Shown here piece after piece: positions 26,915 to 39,949 of a stretch of DNA of 64,000 bases. A program made the translations under genes and the position numbers. The stretch lies in NCBI GenBank assembly GCA_951406725.2, contig OX597826.1, positions 61,628,001 through 61,692,000 of the forward strand, read 5' to 3'. The first letter of the stretch is position 1, and each line of letters opens with the position of its first letter. The notes beneath the pieces are model-generated. The model made no database searches and was not told where the DNA came from. It saw only the letters and a program-made list of their open reading frames with translations. The stretch is from Octopus vulgaris. Taxonomy: Eukaryota.

Positions 26915-27407
26915 GATATGGTCATACTTTATTGAAAATTACCTGACGAAACCATTAAGAAGCTGTTCAGAGACACTGGCTGAAGTATTTCATGAATATA
27001 TAACTAACCAGCTTCCGAAGATTTGTGAAGTAATCAAGAACAATGGCAGCACAACCGTTGACTCTGGCAGCAGCACAACCGTTGACTCTGACAGCAGCAA
27101 AACCGTTGACTCTGACAGCAGCAAAACCGTTGACTCTGGCAGCAGCACAACCGTTGACTCTGGCAGCAGCACAACCGTTGACTCTGGCAGCAGCACAACC
27201 GTTGACTCTGGCAGCAGCACAACCGTTGGCTCTGGCAGTAACACAACTAAACATGGTACTGTTGACTATGGCAGTAGCTCAAGTATTGAAAATCGCAGTA
27301 ACAAAACCAATGCAAAACATCGTGGAAAAAATGAAGGACTGAGGGTAGTTTTAAATACTTATCTCAGTTGGTTATTAATTCTAAGTATTCTTTTTGCTAT
27401 TGTCTAA
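26915..27407 (+). CDS. Terminal exon D: Cys-helical segment, S/T-rich repeat stalk and hydrophobic C-terminus (GPI-signal-like)
   Basis: ttttgcctttacag acceptor; phase 2; 164 codons including the TAA stop; IWSYFIENYLTKPLRSCSETLAEVFHEYITNQLPKICEV..(SSTTVDSG)n..GLRVVLNTYLSWLLILSILFAIV*. Confidence 0.82.
27045..27240 (+). repeat. 24-bp coding minisatellite (~8 units, GSSTTVDS)
   Basis: Unit ggcagcagcacaaccgttgactct, in frame with exon D. Confidence 0.9.
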
Positions 27408-27679
27408 AGAAAACGTACCGACTGATTCAAAATATATTATACTATAAGACTATAAAACAATAATTTATGAAAGGTAACATTATTTATTATTATTATTATC
27501 ATCATCATCATCATTATCATCATTTATTTTTAATCTGCATGTTTGTTACAATCACTTGCCGAGACACACACAACGTCCCAGGGCAGGTGAAGGATAATAT
27601 GTGTTACAGTATGACTGAACGCTTAGAGTGGGGAGGTGGCAAGGGCACTAGCGAAATATTTTTATGTAATAAAACACAG

Positions 27680-28575
27680 ACATTTAAATGGATGTTGGCA
27701 ATGTTTGTCAGTAGTCTTTTGGATTTCTCTGAGACATGGTTCTCCTGGGATATCATCTAAATGTTTCTGACATCCCTTTTATACCATACTTAAAGCACCC
27801 ACGTGTGTTTTAAATTCCAGGTCCTTATATTTACTTAATTTATCAAATTCCTTTACAGATATGTTTTTTATTAGTGGGAATACTTACCTTCATTAGTCTA
27901 CAAGTATTTTCTTCCCTGTCTTTAATGACTATATCTATCTGGTCGATTAGCTTGTATAGCTCTGTCCGTGTTGAATGGAAAATCCCAGGGGATAGTGGCA
28001 TTTTTACCTTGAAGGACTGGCAATACTTACCTCCATTAGTCTACAAGTATTTTCTTCCCTGTCTTTAATGACTATATCTATCTGGTCGATTAGCTTGTAT
28101 AGCTCTGTCCGTGTTGAATGGAAAATCCCAGGGGATAGTGGCATTTTTACCTTGAAGGACTGGCAATACTTATATCCATTAGTCTACAAGTATTTTCTTC
28201 CCTGTTTTTAATGACTATATTTATCGGGTCGATTAGATTGGATAGCTCTGTCCGCGTTGAATGGAAAATGCCAGGCAATAGTGACATTTTTACCTTCAAC
28301 GACTGGCTCAGGATGATGTTCATACCTGTAAGCAGGAGTGCTGATTTTGTAGTGTTTCCATATTTTCCAATGTAAATACTATCCTATCTATCGTGGCGAT
28401 TTTTGTATTCACTTGGTGTCAGCACAGCACATCCCGAGACGAGATGGTCTATTGTTTCGTCAAACGTATCGCAGAATCTGCATTTAAGGTCAGAACCATT
28501 TTGAAGAACGTTAGACTTGTAGTTTTTGGTAAACAAACTTTGATCTGGTGCCGCTAATATGAAATTTTCTTGGTG
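27680..28575 (-). mobile_element. R4/Dong-like RLE C-terminal fragment with 143-bp internal triplication
   Basis: CRFCDTFDETIDHLVSGC..RHDR; repeat units anchored at 27892, 28035 and 28178. Confidence 0.85.
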
Positions 28576-29345
28576 TCTCTCTCCATGGGTATCCCAGTGT
28601 TGCTTGCCTCCTTTAGGCATTTTATTTATTATATTTTTCTATGTTATCGACTTTTTTACATGAAACTTTATGTAACCCCACTTTGTCCTTCATGTTGTGT
28701 AATGTCGAATCTTATTTTTGTCGGCCCTTGTGGCTAAGAAAGAGAAGATAAGATAATAATAATAATAATAATAATTATTATTATTGCTGTTGTTGTTTTC
28801 ATCTCCGTATGGGGTACTTTGTTCAGTAGTATGCCGAATCATTACACGTGAGGTATGGCAACAAAAGATATATGATTAGTTTCCACTACTTGAATAATAT
28901 GGGCTTCCTCATTGAATGTTACACAATAAACCTGAAATGTTACAACTTTATGAAAAATATTTAATATGTTTTATAATTTGGAAAATGGTAATAGAAATAA
29001 AGATTTAAAACTGTAACTATAAAACTGTACTGAATATTAATTTGTTTACACATGCACGCGCATACACAAACACTGACATAAACACACAGACACACACTAT
29101 CTTTGTGTTTATGTTTGTCTCTCTCCACAGCATCGAAACCGGAGTTTATTGATTTAAGGACACGTAAATGATCCGTTTGATAAAAGAGACGGATAGAATA
29201 AGTACGAGACTTTTTTAAGAAATATATATTGGGGTCGATTTGTTCGGCTAAACAACTCGTTAAGACGATGCTCTAGCATGACCATAGTCCAATTACTGAA
29301 TCAGATAATATAGTTCTCGGCTGTTTATTTATTTTATAGTTCAAC

Positions 29346-30289
29346 TAATTCACGACAATATGTATCTTGGGAAAACAGTTGCTCCCGCGAACCAAAATAA
29401 AATTTGGGATTTGCGGAGGGTCAAAGTTAGTGACAAAACAGGGCAGTGGAGACATACAAGACACCAAACAAAAATAAACAAGGTGGATCGTTAGGCCAGA
29501 TGAGGTAAGGTAGCGACGTTGGAGGAATATTCTTATTAGTAAGAGAAAAGATAGGAGAGGAGACAGATAAGAATGCGTTAGGTCTATGTGACAGACTGAA
29601 GGATAAGGAAGATTATCACGCGAGGAAAAGAAAGACGGACGATGGTCACGTGTGAGCAACGAGGGAGAGTGAGTGAGAGTAAAAGAGGAAGAGGGGAAGG
29701 AGACAGATAGAAGACGGTAAAGAGGAGAAATAAGAATTAGAGAAAAGATGAGAGAACAAAAAACGAAAGGGAGAGAAGGGGACAGAAAAGAATTGGAGAA
29801 ACGAAAGGGGAAGAGAGAGAACAGTACAGGGTAGAATCGCATCAGACTTACTTGGAAATGGATGCGCGGTGTTCAATAATATAATAATAATTATATATAT
29901 ATATATATATACATATATGTATATACTTACATATATATGTATATAGATATGCATATACATATATGTATACATACATATATGTATACACTTATATATATAT
30001 ATGTATATAGATATGCGTATATGGATACAGGACGTCATAAAACGTAAAGAACATGAAATACGAAACCGACATGGATTACGAAAATAACATGAAATGCGAA
30101 GGCGAACCTGGGTATGCGAACGACGAGAGAAACAAATGGAAAACAAGACAAGTAACATAAAGAACGATCCATCATCAGTTGTCGGGTGTTTATCTACCCC
30201 AAATTTCGAGCAACTTTGTTACCAACTTTCACCCTCCGCAAATCCCATATTTTATTTTGGTTTGCGAGAGCAGATATTGTCGTGAATTA
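29346..30289. mobile_element. ~940-bp element bounded by ~80-90-bp inverted repeats
   Basis: aattcacgacaata..cgcgaaccaaaataaaatttgggatttgcggagggt pairs with accctccgcaaatcccatattttattttggtttgcg..tattgtcgtgaatt. Confidence 0.7.
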
Positions 30290-30304
30290 TATATATATAT
30301 ATAT

Positions 30305-30514
30305 AACGGGAAGCTTTATGAAAATAAACAAAAGACGAAGGCAGGTGGAATACAAACAAACAATTGTATTAGTATGGCGCTCAGGAATATAAATAAAACA
30401 AATCTTTTACGTTTCGAGCCTACGCTCTTCAACAGAAAGATACACAGAAAAAAAACACGGAGAGAAACAAGGAGAGAAAAAAATGCGTACAGAAGCTAGC
30501 GAATCAACATGGCG
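30305..30514 (-). mobile_element. ~200-bp (TA)n-embedded element carrying a minimal hammerhead motif
   Basis: Reverse complement of 58724-58920; HHR at 30402-30441. Confidence 0.75.
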
Positions 30515-31959
30515 ATATATATTTAAATTTTATTTGTTAGGGAATAACCATTCCGGCATAACAGAGGTTCAAATTATTCTCAATGAAGAAATATATTTTA
30601 ATTTAGAGATAGTAGGCCCCTTCATCTCACCATATAAAATAATTTTTATTTTAAATACCAACTGTTTTATTACTTGGCTACACGTGTTTCATGAGGTACG
30701 TCTTCCGGTTCCTAAGCCACTCCGTGTTTTCCTGGAACCCTTCTTAAAATGTAACCCCAATCATCAGGCCCTTATACCACTTTATCAACGTTGAATACAA
30801 TAAACTATATTTTAATTTTTTAAAGCCCTTAAGTATGTGTAAAATAGGTATGTTTAAGTTAGGCTCGCTGGACCCTACAGTACAAGCCATAATTCAGAAA
30901 AAAATTCAAATAAAAAGTTACGAAAATAAAGTAAGGAATAAAAATGCAAAAAAATATACGAAAATTTACAAAAACTATGTTAGTAATATATTAAAAAAAT
31001 ATCTAAAAAATGTGAATAAAAATAAAAGGAATGGCAAGAAAAAATATATAAGAATAAAAATAAAAGGGATGGCAAAAAAAATATACACGAATTAAAATTA
31101 ATAAACATGGAGGCAATGGCGAATAAAAGCTTTAGTACCAATTGCGAACGGCAAAATTTCCAAGTGATACGAATGGTTACTTTTAAAAATTTACAAAATA
31201 AAATAAAATAAAATAAAAATAACTTGATGGTAACGTAAAGAAAATATACAATTCACCGATGGCTCCATTATCCTACAACGTCTTAATAATGGCTTGACAT
31301 TGCAAAGTCCAGCGGAGTGCTCACACCCTCCTTTCTGCTGCTTTAAACTATTATTTAATTAACATATTGTCTAAATAGTAAAACATGGTCCACGAAACTT
31401 CAAAAATGCATCATGGGAATATTACTATTTTTTATTTCGTATTATTCCGTATTATTCCGCCCATTTAATCACTCACTAGTTATTATTCATCCCCCCATCT
31501 AATGGTAAGGTTTTATTCATATTAAATAATAATAGTATTAATAATACTTACGCTAAAATTTAGGGTTATGCGTTATTAGTAAGGCATTTTAGTCTATGTT
31601 TACATTTAATTTTACGTTCCTCCTGAGCATTAAGTTCCGTTTTTGCCCATAATATCTCCATGAATTCATGGGTACATAACAGACATGAATCAGACATGAA
31701 ACAAACAATAATCAAAGAACTGTACAAAGCAGCTAAATGCGCCAAAGGAAGAAATTGAGAATAAGGTGTTTAAAGGTAATTTTAGGGTTTCAGAATCGCA
31801 TCATGATTTGTGAATGAAGGAAAAGTAGCCATAATGTACGCTATCAATTTTGAGATTAAATTTTTGAGAAAACGTCCATTCTTTCAATTATGTTTCATAT
31901 ATATGTATATATAATACCGTGGAATGTTTCAATTGCATTGGACCTTAATAATCACCTAG

Positions 31960-32480
31960 TATACATACATACTTACATACATGCTTACATAATACATACA
32001 TACATACATACATACATACATACATACATACATACATACATACATACATACATACATACATAGGCTTCTCAAAACCAGAAAGGAGAAAACTAATTCGAAG
32101 AGTACAGATCCAATCCATCACTGGAACTGTAAAAATCTGTAAAACTTTCCAGAAACGTATCTTTTAAACATATATGAGCATGTCTAGTTATGCAACTATA
32201 TGCATGAGAATACCTATATAAAACATACAAATCTGCACATTCATACATACATACATACATACATACATACATACATACATACATACATACATACATACAT
32301 ACATACATACATGCATGCATACATACATACACACATACATACATACATGCATACATACATACATACATACATACATACATACATACATACATACATACAC
32401 ACACATACATACATACATACATACATACATACATACATACATACATACATACATACATACATACATACATACATACATAC
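31960..32480. repeat. (TACA)n arrays interrupted by a LINE 3' fragment (32062-32240)
   Basis: The fragment matches 35698-35870 and has (TACA)n on both sides. Confidence 0.9.
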
Positions 32481-35400
32481 AAACATTCGAAGCGACAAGT
32501 CGCGTATTTGGCGTACGAAACTGTCGAAAATACGATGAACACTATCTCCAACTTTGGAGCCACAACTATCAGCCTTGTCAAATAACTGGTTAATCTTCAA
32601 ATGAATTAATTGAGGTAGTCTTTTATTCACGATCGTAGTGATTTTCGACTGAAACTTGAATTTATCATACAGAGAGTTACTACAAACAATATGGCTGGAC
32701 GCAACATCAACAACACAATCTAGGAACAGAACGAAAACAACAACTCAGCAGGTAAACAAATTCTTTCTAGCTGTAGTTATAGAAGAAACCTTAACTACAA
32801 AACACATTTCTGTTGGAGTTATCAATTGAAAAATTATCTATTTAACTGCAACGAAAAAGCGAAACAAAACCCCGCTCTTGACTATATGAATCGATTGAAA
32901 TCATATTGGGACGATCTGCAGCCAGAATTAAATAATTTTACTGCGAAGCAATTACGCCAACAAGCAACATTTGTTGAACATAGGAAGAAGGTTGAACATA
33001 GTAACTTTATTAAAAACTTGAAAATTAGCCTTCTTCCCAACTCTATAAACAAAAACGAAAACGTGAATGATATAAGATCACCACGTAGTTTCGCAGCTAG
33101 CGACATTCCAACAGATTCCATAGTGCCTGCCAGCCAAACTACATTACTGGCTCAAGTAACTGACCACTGCCCTTCTACAACGACTATGGTAAATAGCAAA
33201 CACAACCGCAACGATTATTGTAGTAGTGGTAGCCAGGATTATATGCCGGTGAAATGTGCCCTTACTGAAATTTCCCGAGAAAAGATAACTTTGGCTTCAA
33301 AGGATTCTCTTGAGGAGAGAGTATTCTCTACTAAAATAAATAAAGACCACCAGATACGGTATTAAAAGCTGTTAACGAAATTGGTGATGAGTATTTACAA
33401 CAGTGTGATGAACCCACACACTGTCAGATTAGCAGATTAACGCCTGTCTATATGAGCTGACTACTACTGCAAAACATACACGAATGATATCCAAAAAGTA
33501 AACAAAAACCGAAATAACAAAGAAAGTACCATCATGGGTTTTGGAGACAGAGAAAAAGATAACTGGTTTACGGAGGACTGTCAGTCATGTAATGATGCGT
33601 ATTGCATGTAAACAAACAAAACATTCTATCGACCATATCTTATCAATCTGTAGCAGCATGCTTTCATTAGGAACAGTAGCATACTACACTGGCAGAGACA
33701 AAATTGGTCTCCAAATGCAGAACCACCCACATGGCAACAAACTACCGGCCGATTGCAAGCCAGGACTTAATGCATAATATATATACAGCATGTTTAAGCC
33801 TTTTCCTCCAGGACTATTGTGAAACCAATAACATTATCACAGCAGAAGAAGCAGCTTGGAAGTAAGGGAGTCTGGGGATGTGCCGAGCAATTGTTAATCA
33901 ACAAAACTTTGATGTCAGAGGTGCGAGAGCATAGGAGGAACCTATTTTCAATGTGGCTAGACTACAGGAAAACCTTTGACTCTGTTCCCCACTGATGGAT
34001 GCTAGAAGCCCTTCAACTTGCTAAAGTTCCAGTGAGAATAGTCAAGGCCATAGCCGACCTGACGTCATCGTGGAACTCCATGAAAGAATACAATACCGCA
34101 GAGGTATATTCCAAGGAGACAGCTTCTGTGTGACGTTGTTTATACTTTCTGTAAACCGCTCGTAATTCATGTTAAGGAACTCTGAAGGATATCTCACTGG
34201 TTCACAAGGAAACAGAAATACTAAAATTACACACTGTTTCTTTGTGGATGACTTACAACTGTATGCAAAGAATATGCATGAGATGAAAAAGAGCCTTGAC
34301 CTAGTTACAACACTCTCAAAGGATATATAGGGTTGGAGTTTGGTTAGGATAAATGTTATTGTATGATTGTAAAAAGGGGGAAGACTATAAACCAAAGTAG
34401 TAACATCTCCATCAATGATTTGACTGATTCCCCTGTATCTGACGAGAACTGTTACAGGTATCTAGGAATGAATGGAAATATATACTACAATGGCACTTGA
34501 AACAAAGCACGTGTCACTAAAGAATATTACAGCCGAATAAAGAAAATTTGGACCTCAGAAGAGAACTCTCTGCATTCAATAAAACAGTGGTCCACAATGT
34601 GTTTGAAGTACCAGTACTCATACCAACATATGGGCTGCTTGTTTGGACGCTTGATGAAATTCGAGCCATTGATGTGAAAACCAGAAAAATACTAACAAGC
34701 ATACATAATTTCCACAGAAACAGTGACGTACACCACCTGTATCTAAAACGCAAAAAAAGGTGGCAGAAGCTTAACATCGATCCAAAATGCTTTTGAATGT
34801 CGCATCATATCCCTTCGGCAACATCTTTTAACCACCAAGTGTCGAAGTGCATCCCTTGGCCAAGTTTGCATAAATGAGGCTGATAACATCATAGGACTTG
34901 GAAGGCAACTCCTTGAGCAATACTCTGTGTCTGATAACCTAGAATACATGCTCAAAGAAGTCGTACGACCCTACCGCAACATTTCAGACGAAGGGATGAG
35001 CCTATATGAGCAGAAGACTATGCATGGATATGTTAGTAGAAAGCTCCATGATGATAGTAACATTGATCATCAACGTAGTTTATCATGGATGAGTAGCCGG
35101 ATTATTACCTCCCACTTTGAAGGGTATGCGTTTGCAATCCAGGAACAGGAAATAGCAACCAAATATCTGATGAACAAAAGCAATAGAGATGCAGGAAAAG
35201 CAGTAAAATGTGACAACCGATGCAGACTTTTTGGAGTTCACACTGAAGATATTACCCACATCATAAGCAGTTGTCCGAAAATGTGATCACGGTATTAATC
35301 TACTGATGAGACATGACGTTGTAGCTAGGACACTCTATAATGAAATCCCTCGGAAGGATGATCCCAAGGACAAAGAAATAAAATCCCACAATATGGTAGA

Positions 35401-36012
35401 AGCCATAGCCACTCATAACGAAAAGGAATACTGATGGAATTCACCTCAATAAAATGTAAGCACCGAAGACTTGATATAATGATTTGGGATAGAGAAGAGA
35501 AACTGCACAGTTGTGGAAATTAGGTGCCCAGCGGATGTTAACATAAACTGAAGATCAGTGAAAAAAAGAACACCTATGCTGAACTATCGAGAAATCTGCA
35601 GTTGCTCTATCCAGATTAGAAATTCAAGTTTATACTTGTAATTACTGGAGCTCTGAGATATGTAACACACTGCCTAAATACCTATTTTGAGAAATTAGGC
35701 TTCTCAAAACCAGGAAGGAGAAAGCTAATTCGAAGACTACAGATCTAATCCATCACTGGAACTGTAAAAATCTGTAAAACTTTCCAGAAGTTTATCATTA
35801 AAATATATATGAGCATGTATGTAACTATATGCACGAGAATACATACGTAAAACATACAGATCTGCACATACATACATACATACATACATACATACATACA
35901 CAAATACCTTGTTGTTGCTACTGAAATTCCAATGAAGGAGCCTTGTATCTAGGTTAGAAACTTATTCTTTCTCTATTGGAAAGAAATCTTGAAATATACT
36001 GAATAATGACAT
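32481..36012 (+). mobile_element. Near full-length, degraded R4/Dong-like RT-RLE retrotransposon in (TACA)n
   Basis: N-terminal Myb-like W..LKNYLFNC..YMNRLKSYW..QLRQQA; MWLDYRKTFDS; GIFQGDS; FVDDLQLY; LYLKRK; CDNRCRL..THIISSC; RHDVVA; ends gaataatgacatacat. Confidence 0.88.
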
Positions 36013-36017
36013 ACATA

Positions 36018-36098
<81 letters not shown>

Positions 36099-36189
36099 TA
36101 CATACATACATACAGACAGACAGACAAACAGACTATTTACTCTGAATTAAGGGCCATTCGAAATAGGTCGTTCTATAATGACATACATA

Positions 36190-36221
<32 letters not shown>

Positions 36222-36223
<2 letters not shown>

Positions 36224-36421
36224 CCTAGATACAAGGCTCCTTCATTGGAATTTCAGTAGCAACAACAAGGTATTTGTGTATGTATGTATGTATGTATGTA
36301 TGTATGTATGTATGTATGTATGTATGTATGTGCAGATCTGTATGTTTTATGTATGTATTCTCGTGCATATAGTTACATACATGCCCATATATATTTTAAT
36401 GATAAACTTCTGGAAAGTTTG
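36222..36421 (-). repeat. Inverted duplication of the LINE 3' end (35781-35953)
   Basis: Reverse-complement match that includes the internal (TACA)n. Confidence 0.9.
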
Positions 36422-36683
36422 TATTTTATTCGATTATATACCTTTTGTGATTTTATGAATATGTATTATTTTTGTGTTTGGGAAACCACGGTGATTTTTT
36501 ATATATGATTGAATGTTTGAGGGGTGGTGTTGTATGCAAAGTCTTTGACCCAAATTTAATGTTTGTTCTATAACCAAACCTTCTTTATCTTCGTCTTATT
36601 TATCTTCGTCTGCACTTCTTTTGCAGTCCTATAAATTATTTTGCTTCTGTTAGAAGAGAGAAATATTTCTTGTTGTGTATGTG

Positions 36684-36848
<165 letters not shown>

Positions 36849-37092
36849 GTCACACTGTCTCTTTCCTTTACTTAGCTTCTCTTAATTTCCTTTCCGTCTC
36901 TGTCTGTATCTCTGTCTCTCTGTCTCTCTGTTACATTCTCTGTTACCCGCCTCCCACTATCACGTGATCCGTGATAATCTAAGGTCGTGTCATTCTTTTT
37001 CATTTTGCCTTCGACCGGACTGGTCCTGTGTTTTCCGTACGTCTGTGTATTTAGTATATGTTCGTTTATTTACTACACGTTTTTAAAAAATT

Positions 37093-37210
<118 letters not shown>

Positions 37211-37298
37211 CCTTGGGCAAGTGTCTTCTACTATAGCCTCGGGCCGACCAAAGCCTTGTGAGTGGATTTGGTAGACGGAAACTGAAAGAAGCCAGTTG

Positions 37299-37329
<31 letters not shown>

Positions 37330-37408
37330 ATAAATATTAGGGAATAAATCCAAAATTACAGGGAAAAAAATCAGATTTAGGATTAAATCCAATTTTATAG
37401 TAAAATAT

Positions 37409-37727
37409 TATAAAATATTATTAGAGACAAAACCACTATTTTGCAAAACAAACAAGGAAAGACTTAATCAATACATAAAATTTTAATAAATAGTCAAAAA
37501 AACCGCCACTACAATCGTTTCTTGTCTTGATCGACAATCTTCAGGTGGACTTCAATAAGTCAGTTCAAATTATAATTTGAAACTGACTTATTGAAGTCCA
37601 CCTAAAGATTGTCGATCAAGACAAGAAACGATTGTAGTGGCGGTTTTTTTGACTATTTATTAAAATTTTATGTATTGATTAAGTCTTTCCTTGTTTGTTT
37701 TGCAAAATAGTGGTTTTGTCTCTAATA

Positions 37728-37737
<10 letters not shown>
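37409..37737. repeat. Near-perfect ~330-bp palindrome in (TA)n
   Basis: Centre cagttcaaattataatttgaaactg; the arms differ at only a few positions. Confidence 0.95.
37506..37548 (-). ncRNA. Type I hammerhead ribozyme motif (canonical core)
   Basis: ccac-CUGAAGA-uuguc-gaucaa-gacaa-GAAA-c-gauu-GUA-gugg. All three stems pair. The mirror copy at 37598-37640 (+) has CUAAAGA. Confidence 0.75.
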
Positions 37738-37799
<62 letters not shown>

Positions 37800-37812
37800 T
37801 AGATAGATAGCC

Positions 37813-37875
37813 AGATAACCGAAGAGATGGTGTTGTGGATTTCCACTTCGGCATCTGAAACTCAGAGTTTTATCT
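37813..37875 (+). ncRNA. Hammerhead-like motif (variant core)
   Basis: agataa-CCGAAGA-gatg..catct-GAAA-ctc-a-gag-tt-ttatct. Stems I and III pair; the core has U4C and an imperfect stem II base. Confidence 0.5.
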
Positions 37876-37977
37876 TGACTATTGAGTAATGTAATATATT
37901 ATTTTATAGATAAATTTCCTCTATTTACATAATATTGAGGTCTCTTTCTTTCTTTTGTTATCTTACCGTTTTTACCA

Positions 37978-38017
<40 letters not shown>

Positions 38018-38181
38018 CTGTGTTTGTTCCCACAACATCGCCGTAACTTAGAGATTCGGCAAAAGAGACCGATAGAATAAGTACAAGGCTTACAAAGAAT
38101 AAGTTCTGGGGTCGATTTGCTCGATTAAAGGCGGTGCTCCAGCAGGGCCACAGTCAAATGACGGAAACAAGTAAAAGAGTA

Positions 38182-38258
<77 letters not shown>

Positions 38259-39193
38259 ATATATATATATATATACAGGTATGTCATATTTTCCATTTAA
38301 TTCCGAAAAAAAAAACGAATGGGTGCAGAAAAGTTACAGACTTTGGGTAAAAGAAAATACAGGTAAATCAATTAATTACAATTTTATTCAGCATATGCCC
38401 CTCTCAGATTCACACACATATTGCAGAGGTCCTTCAGGTTTTCTAAGATCTGTGAACGAACTCGGAAGTTTGGGCCTCCAACAAGGCCTTTCGTAGCATC
38501 CTTAAAACCAGGAACTTTTGAGCAGCTTACTAGTAAAAAATAAAAAAATGATAAAATACAACGAATGAAACGATAGGATCATATGGCTAGATTTCCAGAT
38601 TGTGGTTTATTTATCTCACCCACTCCCAGATGGGACACCGGTCCGTTGCATTACTCATTTCTACCAGTTGAGTGCATTGGAGCAAGGTGAAATGAAGTTT
38701 AAAAAAACATAGCGCATTGCCCAGTTTAGGAACTGAAACTACAGTCTTACAACTCACGTGCTTCCTCACATAACAGATAATGTTGTGATGGCGAAGATGG
38801 TGCCGAAGCTGGTCATCATCATCATCATTGTTCGACCGTGGTCGAGACTTTCATAGTCTTTTCAAATGGCTAATAATGTGTGCACGCGCTACTACTACAC
38901 ATATTGGAAAGCATTGTACAACCAAGTACTAAAGAAGATCTTTCCTCCTCCATGAAACAAAGCTGTTCCCGCTGGACGTCAACCCAGTATTTCTAAGCTA
39001 CGGACCGAGTGATTTATTGTAAGGTTATCTCCCTAGATAGATTGCCTTCACTACGGCTAAGGAGCCCTTTCTGGTAGTGAAGATGGTGGTGTGTGACAGT
39101 TGTTGGAGTCAGAGCTGTTGATAATGTACAACAGTCTGTTTGATGAAGGCGTTGCTGGTGGTGTAGAACTGTCTATCTTTTTACTGTTGCTAC

Positions 39194-39371
39194 CTTCTTC
39201 TTCTTCTTCTTCTTCTTCTTCTTCTTCTTCTTCTTCTTCTTCTTCTTCTTCTTCTTCTTCTTCTTCTTCTTCTTCTTCTTCTTCTTCTTCTTCTTCTTTT
39301 CTTCTTCTTCTTCTTCTTCTTCTTCTTCTCCTCCTCCTCATCCTCCTCCTCCTCCTCCTTCTTCTTCTTCC
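39194..39371. repeat. (CTT)n/(CCT)n microsatellite
   Basis: Direct reading. Confidence 0.95.
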
Positions 39372-39918
39372 AATCAGGACTCACGCCATTAGCCACAAAG
39401 AATAATCTCTAATAATAATCTCTAATTCGAGCCTACTCTAAGCTACTAAGAATGCATGTGGTAACTTAAAGATCCACTTACAGCACCCGATAGACTGGCG
39501 TTTGCACGGGCGCGAAAGCTACGTTGTTATCCTCATTCCGTGAACGGTGGCTTAATAGAAAAGCATATATAATGTCAAAAATATTCAATTCAGTTTTTGA
39601 TAACGGGACAATGACAGTCGTGAATCTTCAGATATAGATTTAGGAACTCTGCCTTTCGAAAATAATCTGTAAACTGCTGATAAGAACATGAAAAGCATAT
39701 GAAATAAAATATATGAAATTTGAACATAGACATATATGAACATAGAAATTTGAACATAGACATTCATGGGCGTATGCGTGTGTGTATGTGTGTGTGTGTG
39801 TGTGTGTGTGGATATGTGTGGATGTTATGTGCGAGCATGCGCGCGCGTGCGTGTGCGTATTAATGTAGATGTGAGTGGATGTGAGTGTTTGTTTGTAGAT
39901 GTGTGTGTGTGTTTGTGT

Positions 39919-39949
<31 letters not shown>

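Noticed and set aside
26967-27342. ORF-track proteins AAAQPLTL / CCCQSQRL / LLPESTVV
   Set aside because: These are alternative frames of the 24-bp minisatellite; only the SSTTVDSG frame joins the spliced gene.
30700-30775. Hammerhead on the minus strand (CUGAUGA..GAAA); also CUGAUGA near 30172
   Set aside because: Stem III, the NUH site and stem I could not be paired convincingly.
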